Shown here piece after piece: positions 20,488-29,318 of a DNA stretch of 64,000 nucleotides. Position 1 is the first letter of the stretch, and each line of letters starts with the position of its first letter. Origin of the DNA: Candidatus Thalassarchaeaceae archaeon (lineage in GTDB: Archaea > Thermoplasmatota > Poseidoniia > Poseidoniales > Thalassarchaeaceae); contig JAJPRE010000001.1 in NCBI GenBank assembly GCA_023700245.1, positions 68,807 through 132,806 on the forward strand, in the 5' to 3' direction. Position numbers and translations under genes: made by a program. Below the pieces are notes generated by a model that saw only the letters and a list, made by a program, of their open reading frames with translations, ran no database searches and had not been told where the DNA came from.

Positions 20488-23466
20488 TTAAGACCAATAT
20501 CTTCTTGTGCTAGCATATTTCAATTCAGCATCATGAATTGAACGTAAAAGAGACATTCTGTCACCAGCAATATGTCCTCGTAATATTCTAGTTGCTGTCT
20601 CTTCCCCTACTCCTCTTCCCATTAAACAAATTATGCCATCCAGTCCGTGGGTTTTAATTAATTCAGCATTTTTCATTACCTTTCCTCTTATTCTGGAATC
20701 TTTACTTTCAATCATTTCTTTTAATCTGTTTTCCATTCTTTCTGGAGAACAAGCGAGCATAGTTCCTCCGCATAATGAACAGGGAAGAATTTTTTTCTCC
20801 AACTTTGCAACTCTTTTTCTAGCATTATTATGGCAATTAATGCATATAAGACTAACTCTTTCATTTATTAATCTTAATTCTAATCTTTCTCTTAGTTCTT
20901 TATCTGTCCATGATGGCAGTAACAAGTCTTTTTCGGCTTTAGGTGATATCCCTAGGGGCCCTGGTGGAGTTTGAATTAATTTAATTTCATTATCTTGAAT
21001 CATTTTTAATGTATCTATGGTCCCATCAATGTCCATCCGTTCATGAAATAATTTATCCAAGGCTTCTTCTACTACAGGAGTTCCTTTGTACCTTTTCATT
21101 AAGCCATTCAAATTGACTTTTCGAGGATCTACGCCTTTTTTCAAAACTCCCATTTTTTTTGCTACTTGTACAACTCTCCATCTAACTGTACGACTATTTG
21201 GAATCGTCATACGTAGTATGGAAGGGATGGCAGCGGCAGGAGTTTGCGTCAACCAATCAATAATATCTGTAGGGGTTGCACCTGGTATCTGAAATGCTAT
21301 CCTATATGGGTCGATAACAGTTCTACCCATTTTACCCTCTCTCATGGACCCCATTGCTTGAATAAAATGAGCTAACGTCTCATTTATTTTCGATCCCTTA
21401 CAAGTATTCAGCACGATTGTCCCTTTTCGCTCCTCTATTGTCATAGTTTGTCCATCAGGGATCTCGCCAGTGGCTTCTAAATGATCCGAAACAGTAGAAA
21501 TAAGGACATCTCTAGCAGAGTCACTTAATGGATAATCACTCAGGTTTTTTTCACTATTATCTCCAGTCATCGCCCCTATTGATACTGCTGTTATTCTTCT
21601 TAATTTACCAACTTCCTCAGCAATATTTCTTGGTACAGGGGGTAATTCCCCCGACCAGACTGGTGCAGTTCCACTTTCTTTAACCGGACCAACCAGCAAT
21701 TCTTCTTGTTCAGGGTCTGCATCAATTATTTCCCATGTTCTTCCCGCCATGACAAATCTTCTAGTTTGACCTAGGGAATCCTCACTATCATCATTAAGAG
21801 AAAGTACGAAAGCCTCATCTACAGATCCCAGCGTCTTTCTAGTCACCGCATCCCTTACTCTGTAAGATGTTTTATCCGGAATCATTGAAATATGATTCAT
21901 TCTATTTTGACCTAATCTGCCCGCAGGGGAAAACCATCCATCTTTAAGGGAATCCGGAAGTATTTTAATCATTTTTTTTAGCCATTTCTTTTTATCTAAA
22001 TCAGAATGTTCATTTTCCCATGAGGGCCTCTCGGCAGGAAAATCATCTCCAATCCTTATTGCTAATTCCTTCCATAATTTTTTATTCCATAGTGTTGGAT
22101 CAGAATTTTTTGGATCTTCTATGAGTCTAATCAACCATCTATCATCAAGAACTCTAAGTATCGATAGTGTTTTATCATGATGCCAATCATCAAAAATAGA
22201 GGTTCTTTCGATTATATCTGTTGCTTTCTTTAGGGGGCATACTCCTTTTTCAATGGACATTTGTAGAAATTGATTCGCAGCCACAATTCTTGGATTTGTT
22301 CGCCATTCTACCTCTCCTATTTCTCCCGCCATTGCTTTTCTCGCAATTACTGCACATTCTGATATTCCATCAATTTCCCAAGCTAGTATTTCACCAGCAC
22401 CGGTCCCGCCAAGATAATGCTCTGCTCTGCCGACACGCTGAAGTAAACTTTCTACCGACCTAGGACTTTGTAATTGATGGACTTTTTTTATCGAACCAAC
22501 ATCAATTCCTAATTCTAGGCTACTCGTACAGATTAATCCGTGCAATTCTCCTTTTCTTAGTGATTCTTCTACCTCTCTTCTAGTTTCAGCTGCTAAACTT
22601 CCATGATGTATCCCTATATTTAATTCCGGAGATAATTCGATTAACCGTTGTGCTACTGTTTCAGCTGTATTTCTAGAATTTACAAAAACTAAAGCAGGGG
22701 CATCTTCAAATAATTTCTTTGATAATCTTCTAAATGCAGCTATCGAATCTGATGATACTCGCCATTCAACAGATAATGTTTCATCTTCGGATGTCACTGG
22801 TTCTTTATGTACCAATACTTTAGTTTCTCTGGGTGCAGGCCCAATTATTGCCCTACCTTCTCCGGAGAACCATTTTGCCACTTCATCCGGATTTCCAACA
22901 GTTGCTGATAATCCAACAACTTGAATTTTATTAGGACAATAATCTTGTATTCTTTGTAAGCCAACCAATAATTGTGAACCTCTTTCAGACCCAGCCATAT
23001 CATGTACTTCATCTAAAATAATTGCTTTGACTCCAGCAAGATGCTCTCTTAATCTACTTCCCAAGAGCATTATTTGCATAGTTTCAGGTGTCGTGACAAG
23101 TAAATTTGGAGGTTTTTTGGACTGTTTAACTCTCTCTTTTTGAGGCGTATCTCCATGCCGTAATCCTACAGTAAGCCCCAATGGTACCAACATCTTTGAT
23201 AATCTTCTATCGATATCTCTATTTAATGCTCTAAGAGGTGTAATGTATAAGATGGAGAGTGAATCCCAATTTTCAGTCAAACATCTAGAGACTAAAGGTA
23301 AAATTGCAGATTCAGTTTTTCCACTCCCTGTTGGTGCAACCATTAACCTATCTTTGCCAACTAATAGATCAGGCAATGCTGCCTTCTGAATGGGAGTTAA
23401 TTCCCAACCTAGGTCATAAATTAATTGATTTACCCTTGGATGTAAATCCTCTATGGCCTCCTTCAT
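20488..23466 (-). CDS. lhr: Lhr-type ATP-dependent SF2 helicase
   Basis: Helicase motifs APTGSGKT, DEVH, SAT and QRVGRAEH, plus a long C-terminal region with a Cys4 element (CINCHNN...CSLCGG). 992 aa. Confidence 0.85.
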   Translation of the reverse strand: MKEAIEDLHPRVNQLIYDLGWELTPIQKAALPDLLVGKDRLMVAPTGSGKTESAILPLVSRCLTENWDSLSILYITPLRALNRDIDRRLSKMLVPLGLTVGLRHGDTPQKERVKQSKKPPNLLVTTPETMQIMLLGSRLREHLAGVKAIILDEVHDMAGSERGSQLLVGLQRIQDYCPNKIQVVGLSATVGNPDEVAKWFSGEGRAIIGPAPRETKVLVHKEPVTSEDETLSVEWRVSSDSIAAFRRLSKKLFEDAPALVFVNSRNTAETVAQRLIELSPELNIGIHHGSLAAETRREVEESLRKGELHGLICTSSLELGIDVGSIKKVHQLQSPRSVESLLQRVGRAEHYLGGTGAGEILAWEIDGISECAVIARKAMAGEIGEVEWRTNPRIVAANQFLQMSIEKGVCPLKKATDIIERTSIFDDWHHDKTLSILRVLDDRWLIRLIEDPKNSDPTLWNKKLWKELAIRIGDDFPAERPSWENEHSDLDKKKWLKKMIKILPDSLKDGWFSPAGRLGQNRMNHISMIPDKTSYRVRDAVTRKTLGSVDEAFVLSLNDDSEDSLGQTRRFVMAGRTWEIIDADPEQEELLVGPVKESGTAPVWSGELPPVPRNIAEEVGKLRRITAVSIGAMTGDNSEKNLSDYPLSDSARDVLISTVSDHLEATGEIPDGQTMTIEERKGTIVLNTCKGSKINETLAHFIQAMGSMREGKMGRTVIDPYRIAFQIPGATPTDIIDWLTQTPAAAIPSILRMTIPNSRTVRWRVVQVAKKMGVLKKGVDPRKVNLNGLMKRYKGTPVVEEALDKLFHERMDIDGTIDTLKMIQDNEIKLIQTPPGPLGISPKAEKDLLLPSWTDKELRERLELRLINERVSLICINCHNNARKRVAKLEKKILPCSLCGGTMLACSPERMENRLKEMIESKDSRIRGKVMKNAELIKTHGLDGIICLMGRGVGEETATRILRGHIAGDRMSLLRSIHDAELKYASTRRYWS

Positions 23467-23591
23467 ATGTATCCGTCTAAGGAAGTTAAAGAAAACCCTC
23501 TGTTTAATGATGTAACAATATTCTTATTTTTAACTTCCAAAACTAAAATGAAGGAACTATGTTTATCAATGCATTCCTAGTAGTGTTAGAA

Positions 23592-24080
23592 ATGGCACGC
23601 GCAGGTAGAAAACAAGTCGGCCCTATCGCTAAATGGTGGAATTCTCAGAGAGAAAATCATTTTCAAATAATTGGCATGATAACAATATTCTCTTTAGCGG
23701 TTTTACTTTGGACTTTTTCCTTTCTTTTTATTCTAGGGGGAACTACTGATCCAGATAGAGAAAACTTAGTCCCGTACTACTGGTTAGGCTTTGTTTTATC
23801 AATACCTATACTATTTCTAAGTGCACCCGAATTTATGTTCTTTTTGAACCAAAAACAAATTTTGGAAGATATACTAAAATTAGAATCAAGGTCAGAAGTT
23901 CTCAAAAATAGAAAGGAAGCCGAATCTGCTGCGGATTTACTAGGTGGGAAATATGTAGCAAGATTAAAGGGGCTATATGAAGAATTGGGAATCAAGGTGA
24001 AAGGAAAGAGATTTTCAATTAAATCATTACCCTCAAAAAGAATTTCTAATAAAGTAGAAAATATGGATGAGGAGGAATGA
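23592..24080 (+). CDS. Small membrane protein with charged helical tail, unknown function
   Basis: Two TM segments followed by a charged tail ending NMDEEE. Its last codons GAGGAGGAA form the SD for the next gene. Start is ATG 23592 or 23559. Confidence 0.5.
   Translation: MARAGRKQVGPIAKWWNSQRENHFQIIGMITIFSLAVLLWTFSFLFILGGTTDPDRENLVPYYWLGFVLSIPILFLSAPEFMFFLNQKQILEDILKLESRSEVLKNRKEAESAADLLGGKYVARLKGLYEELGIKVKGKRFSIKSLPSKRISNKVENMDEEE
24069..24075 (+). promoter_or_regulatory. Shine-Dalgarno GAGGAGG formed by the terminal Glu codons of the upstream gene, 6 nt before the signal peptidase GTG
   Basis: The sequence reads atggatGAGGAGGaatgaaGTG. Confidence 0.55.
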
Positions 24081-24081
24081 A

Positions 24082-24960
24082 GTGCCCACTTCGGATACCC
24101 CGAATGAAAATGAAAATCTCGAATTTGGTAAGCTAAGTGATTGGTTAAGAGAAGCATTTCTTGCAATAGGCCTAGTTCTTTTAATTCTTGGTGGGTTATG
24201 GGTTGCTACGGGACAATTCCCTCCTATGGTAGTCGTAGAGTCAGGATCAATGATGCATGACACGAAAGATGGCTCCGTAGGCGCTATAGATCCAGGAGAT
24301 TTAGTCATAGTAATGAGTCCATCAAGAAAAAATATCGTAACCTATGCAGAATCAATTCAAGAAGGAAATGAAAACTTTGGATACTCTAGCCTTGGTATGA
24401 ATGGAGATGTAATTATATTTAGTAAGAATGGAGGTAACGATACTCCTGTGATTCACAGAGCGATTTTGAAAGTAGAATTAAATAATTCAGATAATGGTAA
24501 AAAAACTTGGGATGTTTTAGGAACTAATTTAGTAAATGTTAGCACAATCAATTTAACTCTAGATTATCCATGTAAATATCATGGAGGGACGTATAATTTG
24601 GAAATTAAAAATTGGCAACCAAATCATAGTGGGTACATTACATCGGGGGACAATCCTGAGACCAACGGGTGTAAAATTGATCAGATAGTTGCTACTGGCC
24701 AAGATGCAAGAAATGGATTAAAAGATGAATTTGGTAATCCCGTAACTGCCATAAAAGATGAATGGGTGATGGGCATTGCGTCTTCCGAAATTCCTTGGCT
24801 CGGAGCAATCAAGTTATTCACATCCAGCACTCACGGCTCTGTAACAGAAGAAACTTGGTTCAACTTATCCATAACTATAGTCATAGTATTGATGGCCCCA
24901 ACAATTTATGAATCATTGACTCGAAATAAAAAATTACTAGATGCAAATGAAGAAGAATAG
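24082..24960 (+). CDS. Signal peptidase I, archaeal/Sec11 type (S26B)
   Basis: Ser box VVESGSMMH, GDLVIVM, His box PVIHRAI and a C-terminal TM. GTG 24082 lies 6 nt after GAGGAGG; the alternative ATG 24067 is in the same frame. Confidence 0.75.
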   Translation: MPTSDTPNENENLEFGKLSDWLREAFLAIGLVLLILGGLWVATGQFPPMVVVESGSMMHDTKDGSVGAIDPGDLVIVMSPSRKNIVTYAESIQEGNENFGYSSLGMNGDVIIFSKNGGNDTPVIHRAILKVELNNSDNGKKTWDVLGTNLVNVSTINLTLDYPCKYHGGTYNLEIKNWQPNHSGYITSGDNPETNGCKIDQIVATGQDARNGLKDEFGNPVTAIKDEWVMGIASSEIPWLGAIKLFTSSTHGSVTEETWFNLSITIVIVLMAPTIYESLTRNKKLLDANEEE

Positions 24961-24961
24961 T

Positions 24962-26518
24962 TTATGGAAAATATGATAAAATTATTGGTATAATTAGGAT
25001 AAACAGGAATAAAAAACTACTATTATTACTAATTTTATCTGCCCATGATTCCAGCTTAATCGGATGAATGTTTCTCTTTAATAATAAATCCATTTTTACT
25101 AATACTGAATGTACCGCATCCCTTAGTATATGTCCGCCATCAAATGGGACCATTGGTATTAAGTTAGCAAAACCTAACAAAAAATTTATCCATGCAAGCC
25201 AAAATAAAAATGTAAATAACATTATCATGCCATCTGTTCCAATCAAAGATGCAAGTACGCCATCTCCAGCAGAGAGCATTGCCTGTTCTCTTAAATCCAT
25301 TATTTGTCCTTCTCCTGATAATGGTACTCCCAACATTATTATTGGCATGACGGCAGTATATATCAGAGTTGGAATGATTCCGTATTCACTAATTCCATTT
25401 ATAATTGGGGAATATCTATCAACTCCTCCGGTGCCACTTTTTAATCCTCTGACACCTAAGAAAGATATATTTGAATCCGGACCTATTCCTTGCGACATTA
25501 GAAAATCTTCTGCATCATCCAAATCACATTCTGGGTCTTTTTCACATAATCCTATTTCCCATTCATATCTATCGATCAGCGTAATTTCAATATTTCTTTC
25601 ATTTTCTTCAATGTTTTCATTTAGATTCTCTGAACTCCATTGCCCAGATAATACTGTTAAAACAATCTGTTCACCGGGAGAAAAATTATCCATTTCACTA
25701 CTAAATATATCATAATTAGGTACTGGTTCACCATTCATGTGAGTAATTATTTCATAAGGTAACAAACCACCTTCTGCTGCACCTGTATCGACAATTATTT
25801 CTTCTGCATGAACTCCTGGATTTTTTGCAACAAATCCTGTTGCAGTCGAAGATAAAAGAATAATTACTAAATACGTTGCAAACAAATTTATCGATGGTCC
25901 AGCTGCAAATAGTCTCATCCTATCTCTTCTAGGTGCTCTATACATTTCTTCTTGCTCAGGTTCAGCAAATGCTCCCATGGGTAATGGGCCTACTAGAAGC
26001 AGGCCAAAACTCCTGATTTTCATCCCATGCGCTCTGGCTTGAATTCCATGACTGTATTCATGAATTACTATGGCTATTATTAATGCTAGAACCGGCCACC
26101 AGAATGGTACAAAACTTGTTACTCCGGGTATTAGTAATAAATCCTGAGGAGGTATTGGATCATTAGGTGGATTCGCAACGCTGCTTCCAAAACTTAGCAC
26201 TAAGAGTAATATTACTCCTGCCATTACAAATAAGCAAACCCAAATTGATATTTCTCCATAAATTCTCCAGAACTTTCTCTTACTAGAAATTAAGTCTAAT
26301 ACTTTCTGACCTTGTTTTGTTCTCAACATAAGTATGATGCCCAAAACTCTTGTTGCATCCCATTTATCTAAAATACCATTTTCTTCTAGGAAAATTAATC
26401 CAAAATACCAAATAGCAATTGCTATAACAATCAAAGGTGAATTAGTAATCTGATATAAAATAAACAAGAATATCAATGGAAGCAGCAAACTATTGCCTCT
26501 CCTTTCTTGTTCTTTCAT
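24962..26518 (-). CDS. Site-2 protease family (M50) intramembrane metalloprotease with soluble insert
   Basis: HEYSHG (HExxH) and NLIPMVPFDGGHIL (NxxPxxxxDG) motifs separated by a PDZ-like soluble region. Polytopic. Confidence 0.85.
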   Translation of the reverse strand: MKEQERRGNSLLLPLIFLFILYQITNSPLIVIAIAIWYFGLIFLEENGILDKWDATRVLGIILMLRTKQGQKVLDLISSKRKFWRIYGEISIWVCLFVMAGVILLLVLSFGSSVANPPNDPIPPQDLLLIPGVTSFVPFWWPVLALIIAIVIHEYSHGIQARAHGMKIRSFGLLLVGPLPMGAFAEPEQEEMYRAPRRDRMRLFAAGPSINLFATYLVIILLSSTATGFVAKNPGVHAEEIIVDTGAAEGGLLPYEIITHMNGEPVPNYDIFSSEMDNFSPGEQIVLTVLSGQWSSENLNENIEENERNIEITLIDRYEWEIGLCEKDPECDLDDAEDFLMSQGIGPDSNISFLGVRGLKSGTGGVDRYSPIINGISEYGIIPTLIYTAVMPIIMLGVPLSGEGQIMDLREQAMLSAGDGVLASLIGTDGMIMLFTFLFWLAWINFLLGFANLIPMVPFDGGHILRDAVHSVLVKMDLLLKRNIHPIKLESWADKISNNSSFLFLFILIIPIILSYFP

Positions 26519-26768
26519 AGATACGGGTTAGTACGTACCTTCTTCAATCCGTTGCCCAATATATCACAAATGACATTAGGAAAAACAATTCCGCAGGTAC
26601 ATGGATAAAATAATTAATAATGCCGATGATAGGCTTAAATCATCATACAATTCATTAAAAATCAAATCAGAAAGTATTAAGAAAATATTATATCAAGCCC
26701 AATTAGAAGGTGTTAAATCAAAAATTATCAATTTAGAAGAAAACTTCAGCAATATAGAGAACAATCTA

Positions 26769-27389
26769 TCAGGATTGAATTAAAGTGGGCACTTCTGGTA
26801 AAAATTCGGTTAGTGGCTTTTGAATATTTTGTAAATTATCAGATCCACAAACTAATGCAATAAATCTATTTAATGGCATTCCCTTTTCCCAACCTAGATA
26901 TGGCGTTCCATTTCTAGTCAAGGGTAATGGGGGAATTTTTCTAGATACTTGTCTTAATTTACCTGTTATTTTTACCCCATCAACTCTCATTATTCTCCAA
27001 CTATCTCCACGAACCCCCTTCAGTCTATATGCATATAAAGGCATTAAATTACATCTATTGCCAACTTCTTTCAAAGAATTATATTGGTCCACTGTTCTTC
27101 CTGAAAGATATAGTTTATTTTTCTTCGAAGATTTAACTTCAATTGGAAAACACATATCTCCCCTAAGTACTAACAAATCTCCAGTCCCTTCTGAGCCGCT
27201 GCCGGGAGCACGAACAACTAGAAATGGCCTATTTATTACCTGCATCATTTGTGCTCTTTCAATTTCAGTACAGGATTTTATGATTGCCCTAACTCCTTTG
27301 AGTTCTCCGGCTAAAACACATCTCAACTCTCTCTCGTAATTCACTCCCACAGATGAAGCGTATTGTGAGGGTACTTGACTACATCGCAT
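26769..27389 (-). CDS. hjc: Hjc-like PD-(D/E)XK Holliday junction resolvase family protein (atypically long)
   Basis: Hjc-like core YERELRCVL ... VVRAPGSGSEGTGDLLVL ... PIEVKSSKK. 206 aa, with an insert after the first helix and a roughly 65-aa C-terminal extension. Confidence 0.6.
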   Translation of the reverse strand: MRCSQVPSQYASSVGVNYERELRCVLAGELKGVRAIIKSCTEIERAQMMQVINRPFLVVRAPGSGSEGTGDLLVLRGDMCFPIEVKSSKKNKLYLSGRTVDQYNSLKEVGNRCNLMPLYAYRLKGVRGDSWRIMRVDGVKITGKLRQVSRKIPPLPLTRNGTPYLGWEKGMPLNRFIALVCGSDNLQNIQKPLTEFLPEVPTLIQS

Positions 27390-27497
27390 ACAAATAATAC
27401 TTAATCTACTTTTTTAAGAGGCATTAAGATAGTCATATATTGTATTTTTTATAATTTTATAGTTTAAATTAATACACTGCCACCATAGTTGATTAAT

Positions 27498-28247
27498 ATG
27501 GCGTTAGTCGTTATACGCACTAAAGATTTTCAACTTGCATACAGATTAATCAAAAAATTACGAAGTTTAGAAGTATCTCATATACAATTAGAAATAAATC
27601 AGATAATTCCAATAGGTACTCTCTTGTGGTTTGGTACTCCCGAAGAAGTTAACACTTCTAAGGATCCCAATGGCGTAGCATGCAGCATCAATAATATTGA
27701 TTACGTAGTTAGCAAAACTCTGAATAAAATATTGGCAGGACCAGATGTCAAAATACTGACCTTTGGCGTTGATTCAGGTCCTAGGCCAGGTTTGGCTTGG
27801 TTTACTGATGATAGATTAATTGGCTCGAAACAACTAGAATTAGTGGATGAAGTAATAGATGAAATAATAAATACTGTAAATCAAATATCTCCAAAATTTC
27901 CTGATAAGACGTTAATAAAAATTGGAAATGGGCATAGGACAATTTCTAATAGGATTGTAAATGAATGTCTAAATTATGACTTTCAAGTCCAATTAATAGA
28001 TGAAAAATACACATCTTTGGGTTCACGGCATGATCATGTCTCTTCCGCTAAGAGTATAGGCCTAAAGAATGGAATTCCTATATGTGATAAATTAGAAATA
28101 GCCCCAACAAGGGGTGAAGTCAGGGAAATACAAAGAATAAGTAGACTTGTTAGTGGAGGTAAAGCAACCATCCCTTCAAACTTAGCCATCTCAGTTGCAA
28201 TAGGTAACTTATCACTAATTGAAGCTGTTAAATTACATTCTAAGTAA
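27498..28247 (+). CDS. Predicted RNase H-fold (YqgF/RuvX-like) nuclease with extra N- and C-terminal domains
   Basis: Strand-Asp motif ILTFGVDSGPRPGLAWF, then the helix LVDEVIDEII, then TLIKIGNG, then VQLIDEKYTS (resembles the YqgF DERxT[ST] block). ATG 27498 is preferred over TTG 27489. Confidence 0.45.
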   Translation: MALVVIRTKDFQLAYRLIKKLRSLEVSHIQLEINQIIPIGTLLWFGTPEEVNTSKDPNGVACSINNIDYVVSKTLNKILAGPDVKILTFGVDSGPRPGLAWFTDDRLIGSKQLELVDEVIDEIINTVNQISPKFPDKTLIKIGNGHRTISNRIVNECLNYDFQVQLIDEKYTSLGSRHDHVSSAKSIGLKNGIPICDKLEIAPTRGEVREIQRISRLVSGGKATIPSNLAISVAIGNLSLIEAVKLHSK

Positions 28248-28248
28248 T

Positions 28249-28944
28249 TTACTCAAATTTGCCCTTTCTAAAATCTCTAGTTCTTTCTATTCCTGGCATC
28301 TGATCTTCGCCTTCTCTGTAGATTGTTTTCATATTATTGAGAAAATTATCTTCATGAGTAACTATCAAAACCATTCTAACTCCGGGGTCCTCTTCGGCAT
28401 CCATCCACTTTAGTATTATTTCCATAGTCTTTCTTGCACCTTCTCTATGTGGGTATGCAAAGACATCCATTCCCAAAGGGGGCAAGACTAATGTTTCCCT
28501 TGGTTCCAATTTCGATACTTGCTCAAATAAAGCTTCATAAGAATTTTTTAGTAATTCCCTTCTAAAATTATCCTGTGTTGGCCTCCTACAATCAGGTCCA
28601 ACAACATGAACTAAATTCTCAGCTGGTAAATTGAACCCAGGAGACGAAACTGCTTCTCCAACTCCACAGGGTTGCAAATTTTCTTTTCTTCTCTCCTTTG
28701 CTATATTTGTACAGAATTCTCTTAACTCAGGTCCTGCAACCAATTGCATCCTTTCGTCTAATCCTTCTCTACCCGCAAGTCTATTATTTGCCGGGATGAC
28801 CATAACGTCACCTTTTATGGTCGTGATATTGCCAAATACTACTCTAACTTGACCATGTTTACATTCTCTGACTATAACAACTTCCGCCATATTTCTACGA
28901 GAAGAGGTCATCGGATATCTACTCATCGCATATGGGGAACTCAT
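28249..28944 (-). CDS. Macro domain (ADP-ribose binding/hydrolase-like) protein
   Basis: VVFGNITTIKGDVMVIPANNRLAGREGLDE resembles the GDIT...VNAAN(x6)GGLD macro motif, and VHVVGP resembles the VIHTVGP block. The start could be the internal ATG 28890 (MAEVVIV...). Confidence 0.7.
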   Translation of the reverse strand: MSSPYAMSRYPMTSSRRNMAEVVIVRECKHGQVRVVFGNITTIKGDVMVIPANNRLAGREGLDERMQLVAGPELREFCTNIAKERRKENLQPCGVGEAVSSPGFNLPAENLVHVVGPDCRRPTQDNFRRELLKNSYEALFEQVSKLEPRETLVLPPLGMDVFAYPHREGARKTMEIILKWMDAEEDPGVRMVLIVTHEDNFLNNMKTIYREGEDQMPGIERTRDFRKGKFE

Positions 28945-28950
28945 TATGAG

Positions 28951-28979
28951 CGAAGACTTGATGCGCTTTTACGTCTTCG
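28951..28979. promoter_or_regulatory. Inverted repeat CGAAGAC-N15-GTCTTCG in the divergent macro / Lrp-domain intergenic region
   Basis: Read directly: cgaagac ttgatgcgcttttac gtcttcg. A possible operator, or a hairpin in a 5-prime leader. Confidence 0.3.
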
Positions 28980-28987
28980 AGTGAGAT

Positions 28988-29221
28988 ATGTCGTCCAGTT
29001 ACGTTCTAATTAATGTTGAACCAGGCTCAGAATCAAATGTCTTTGAAAAATTATCAAAACTAGATTTTATTTCAGACATAAATCATCTTTTTGGCGATTA
29101 TGATATAATCGTAAAGATAGAAGCCGAAGGGATTGGAATTATTGCTGGCTTAGTCGTATCCTCAATCCGTCCAATTGATGGAATATTTAATACTAAAACT
29201 TTAGCATGTGCAGAATTTTAA
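28988..29221 (+). CDS. Stand-alone Lrp/AsnC ligand-binding (RAM) domain protein
   Basis: 77 aa. The pattern YVLINVEPGSE..VFEKLSKL...INHLFGDYDIIVKIEA is typical of small archaeal AsnC-type effector-domain proteins. Confidence 0.6.
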   Translation: MSSSYVLINVEPGSESNVFEKLSKLDFISDINHLFGDYDIIVKIEAEGIGIIAGLVVSSIRPIDGIFNTKTLACAEF

Positions 29222-29318
29222 AAACTCTTGTATTTCATTTACTCACAATAGAGGCACAGTACACCGTTTAATCGCCCAAAAGTTAATTATCTAATACCAA
29301 ATCGAAAGATTTGGAGAT

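Noticed and set aside
25068-25715. 215-aa plus-strand ORF opposite the S2P protease.
   Set aside because: It is antisense to a CDS with both M50 catalytic motifs. It is Ser/Ile/Pro-rich with no recognisable domain.
26601-26783. 60-aa Lys/Asn/Ser-rich coiled-coil-like ORF between the S2P and Hjc-like genes.
   Set aside because: This is unresolved rather than disproved. There is no SD or well-spaced TATA, the composition matches what AT-rich noncoding DNA yields, and it overlaps the Hjc-like 3-prime end by 15 nt. It needs conservation or expression data.
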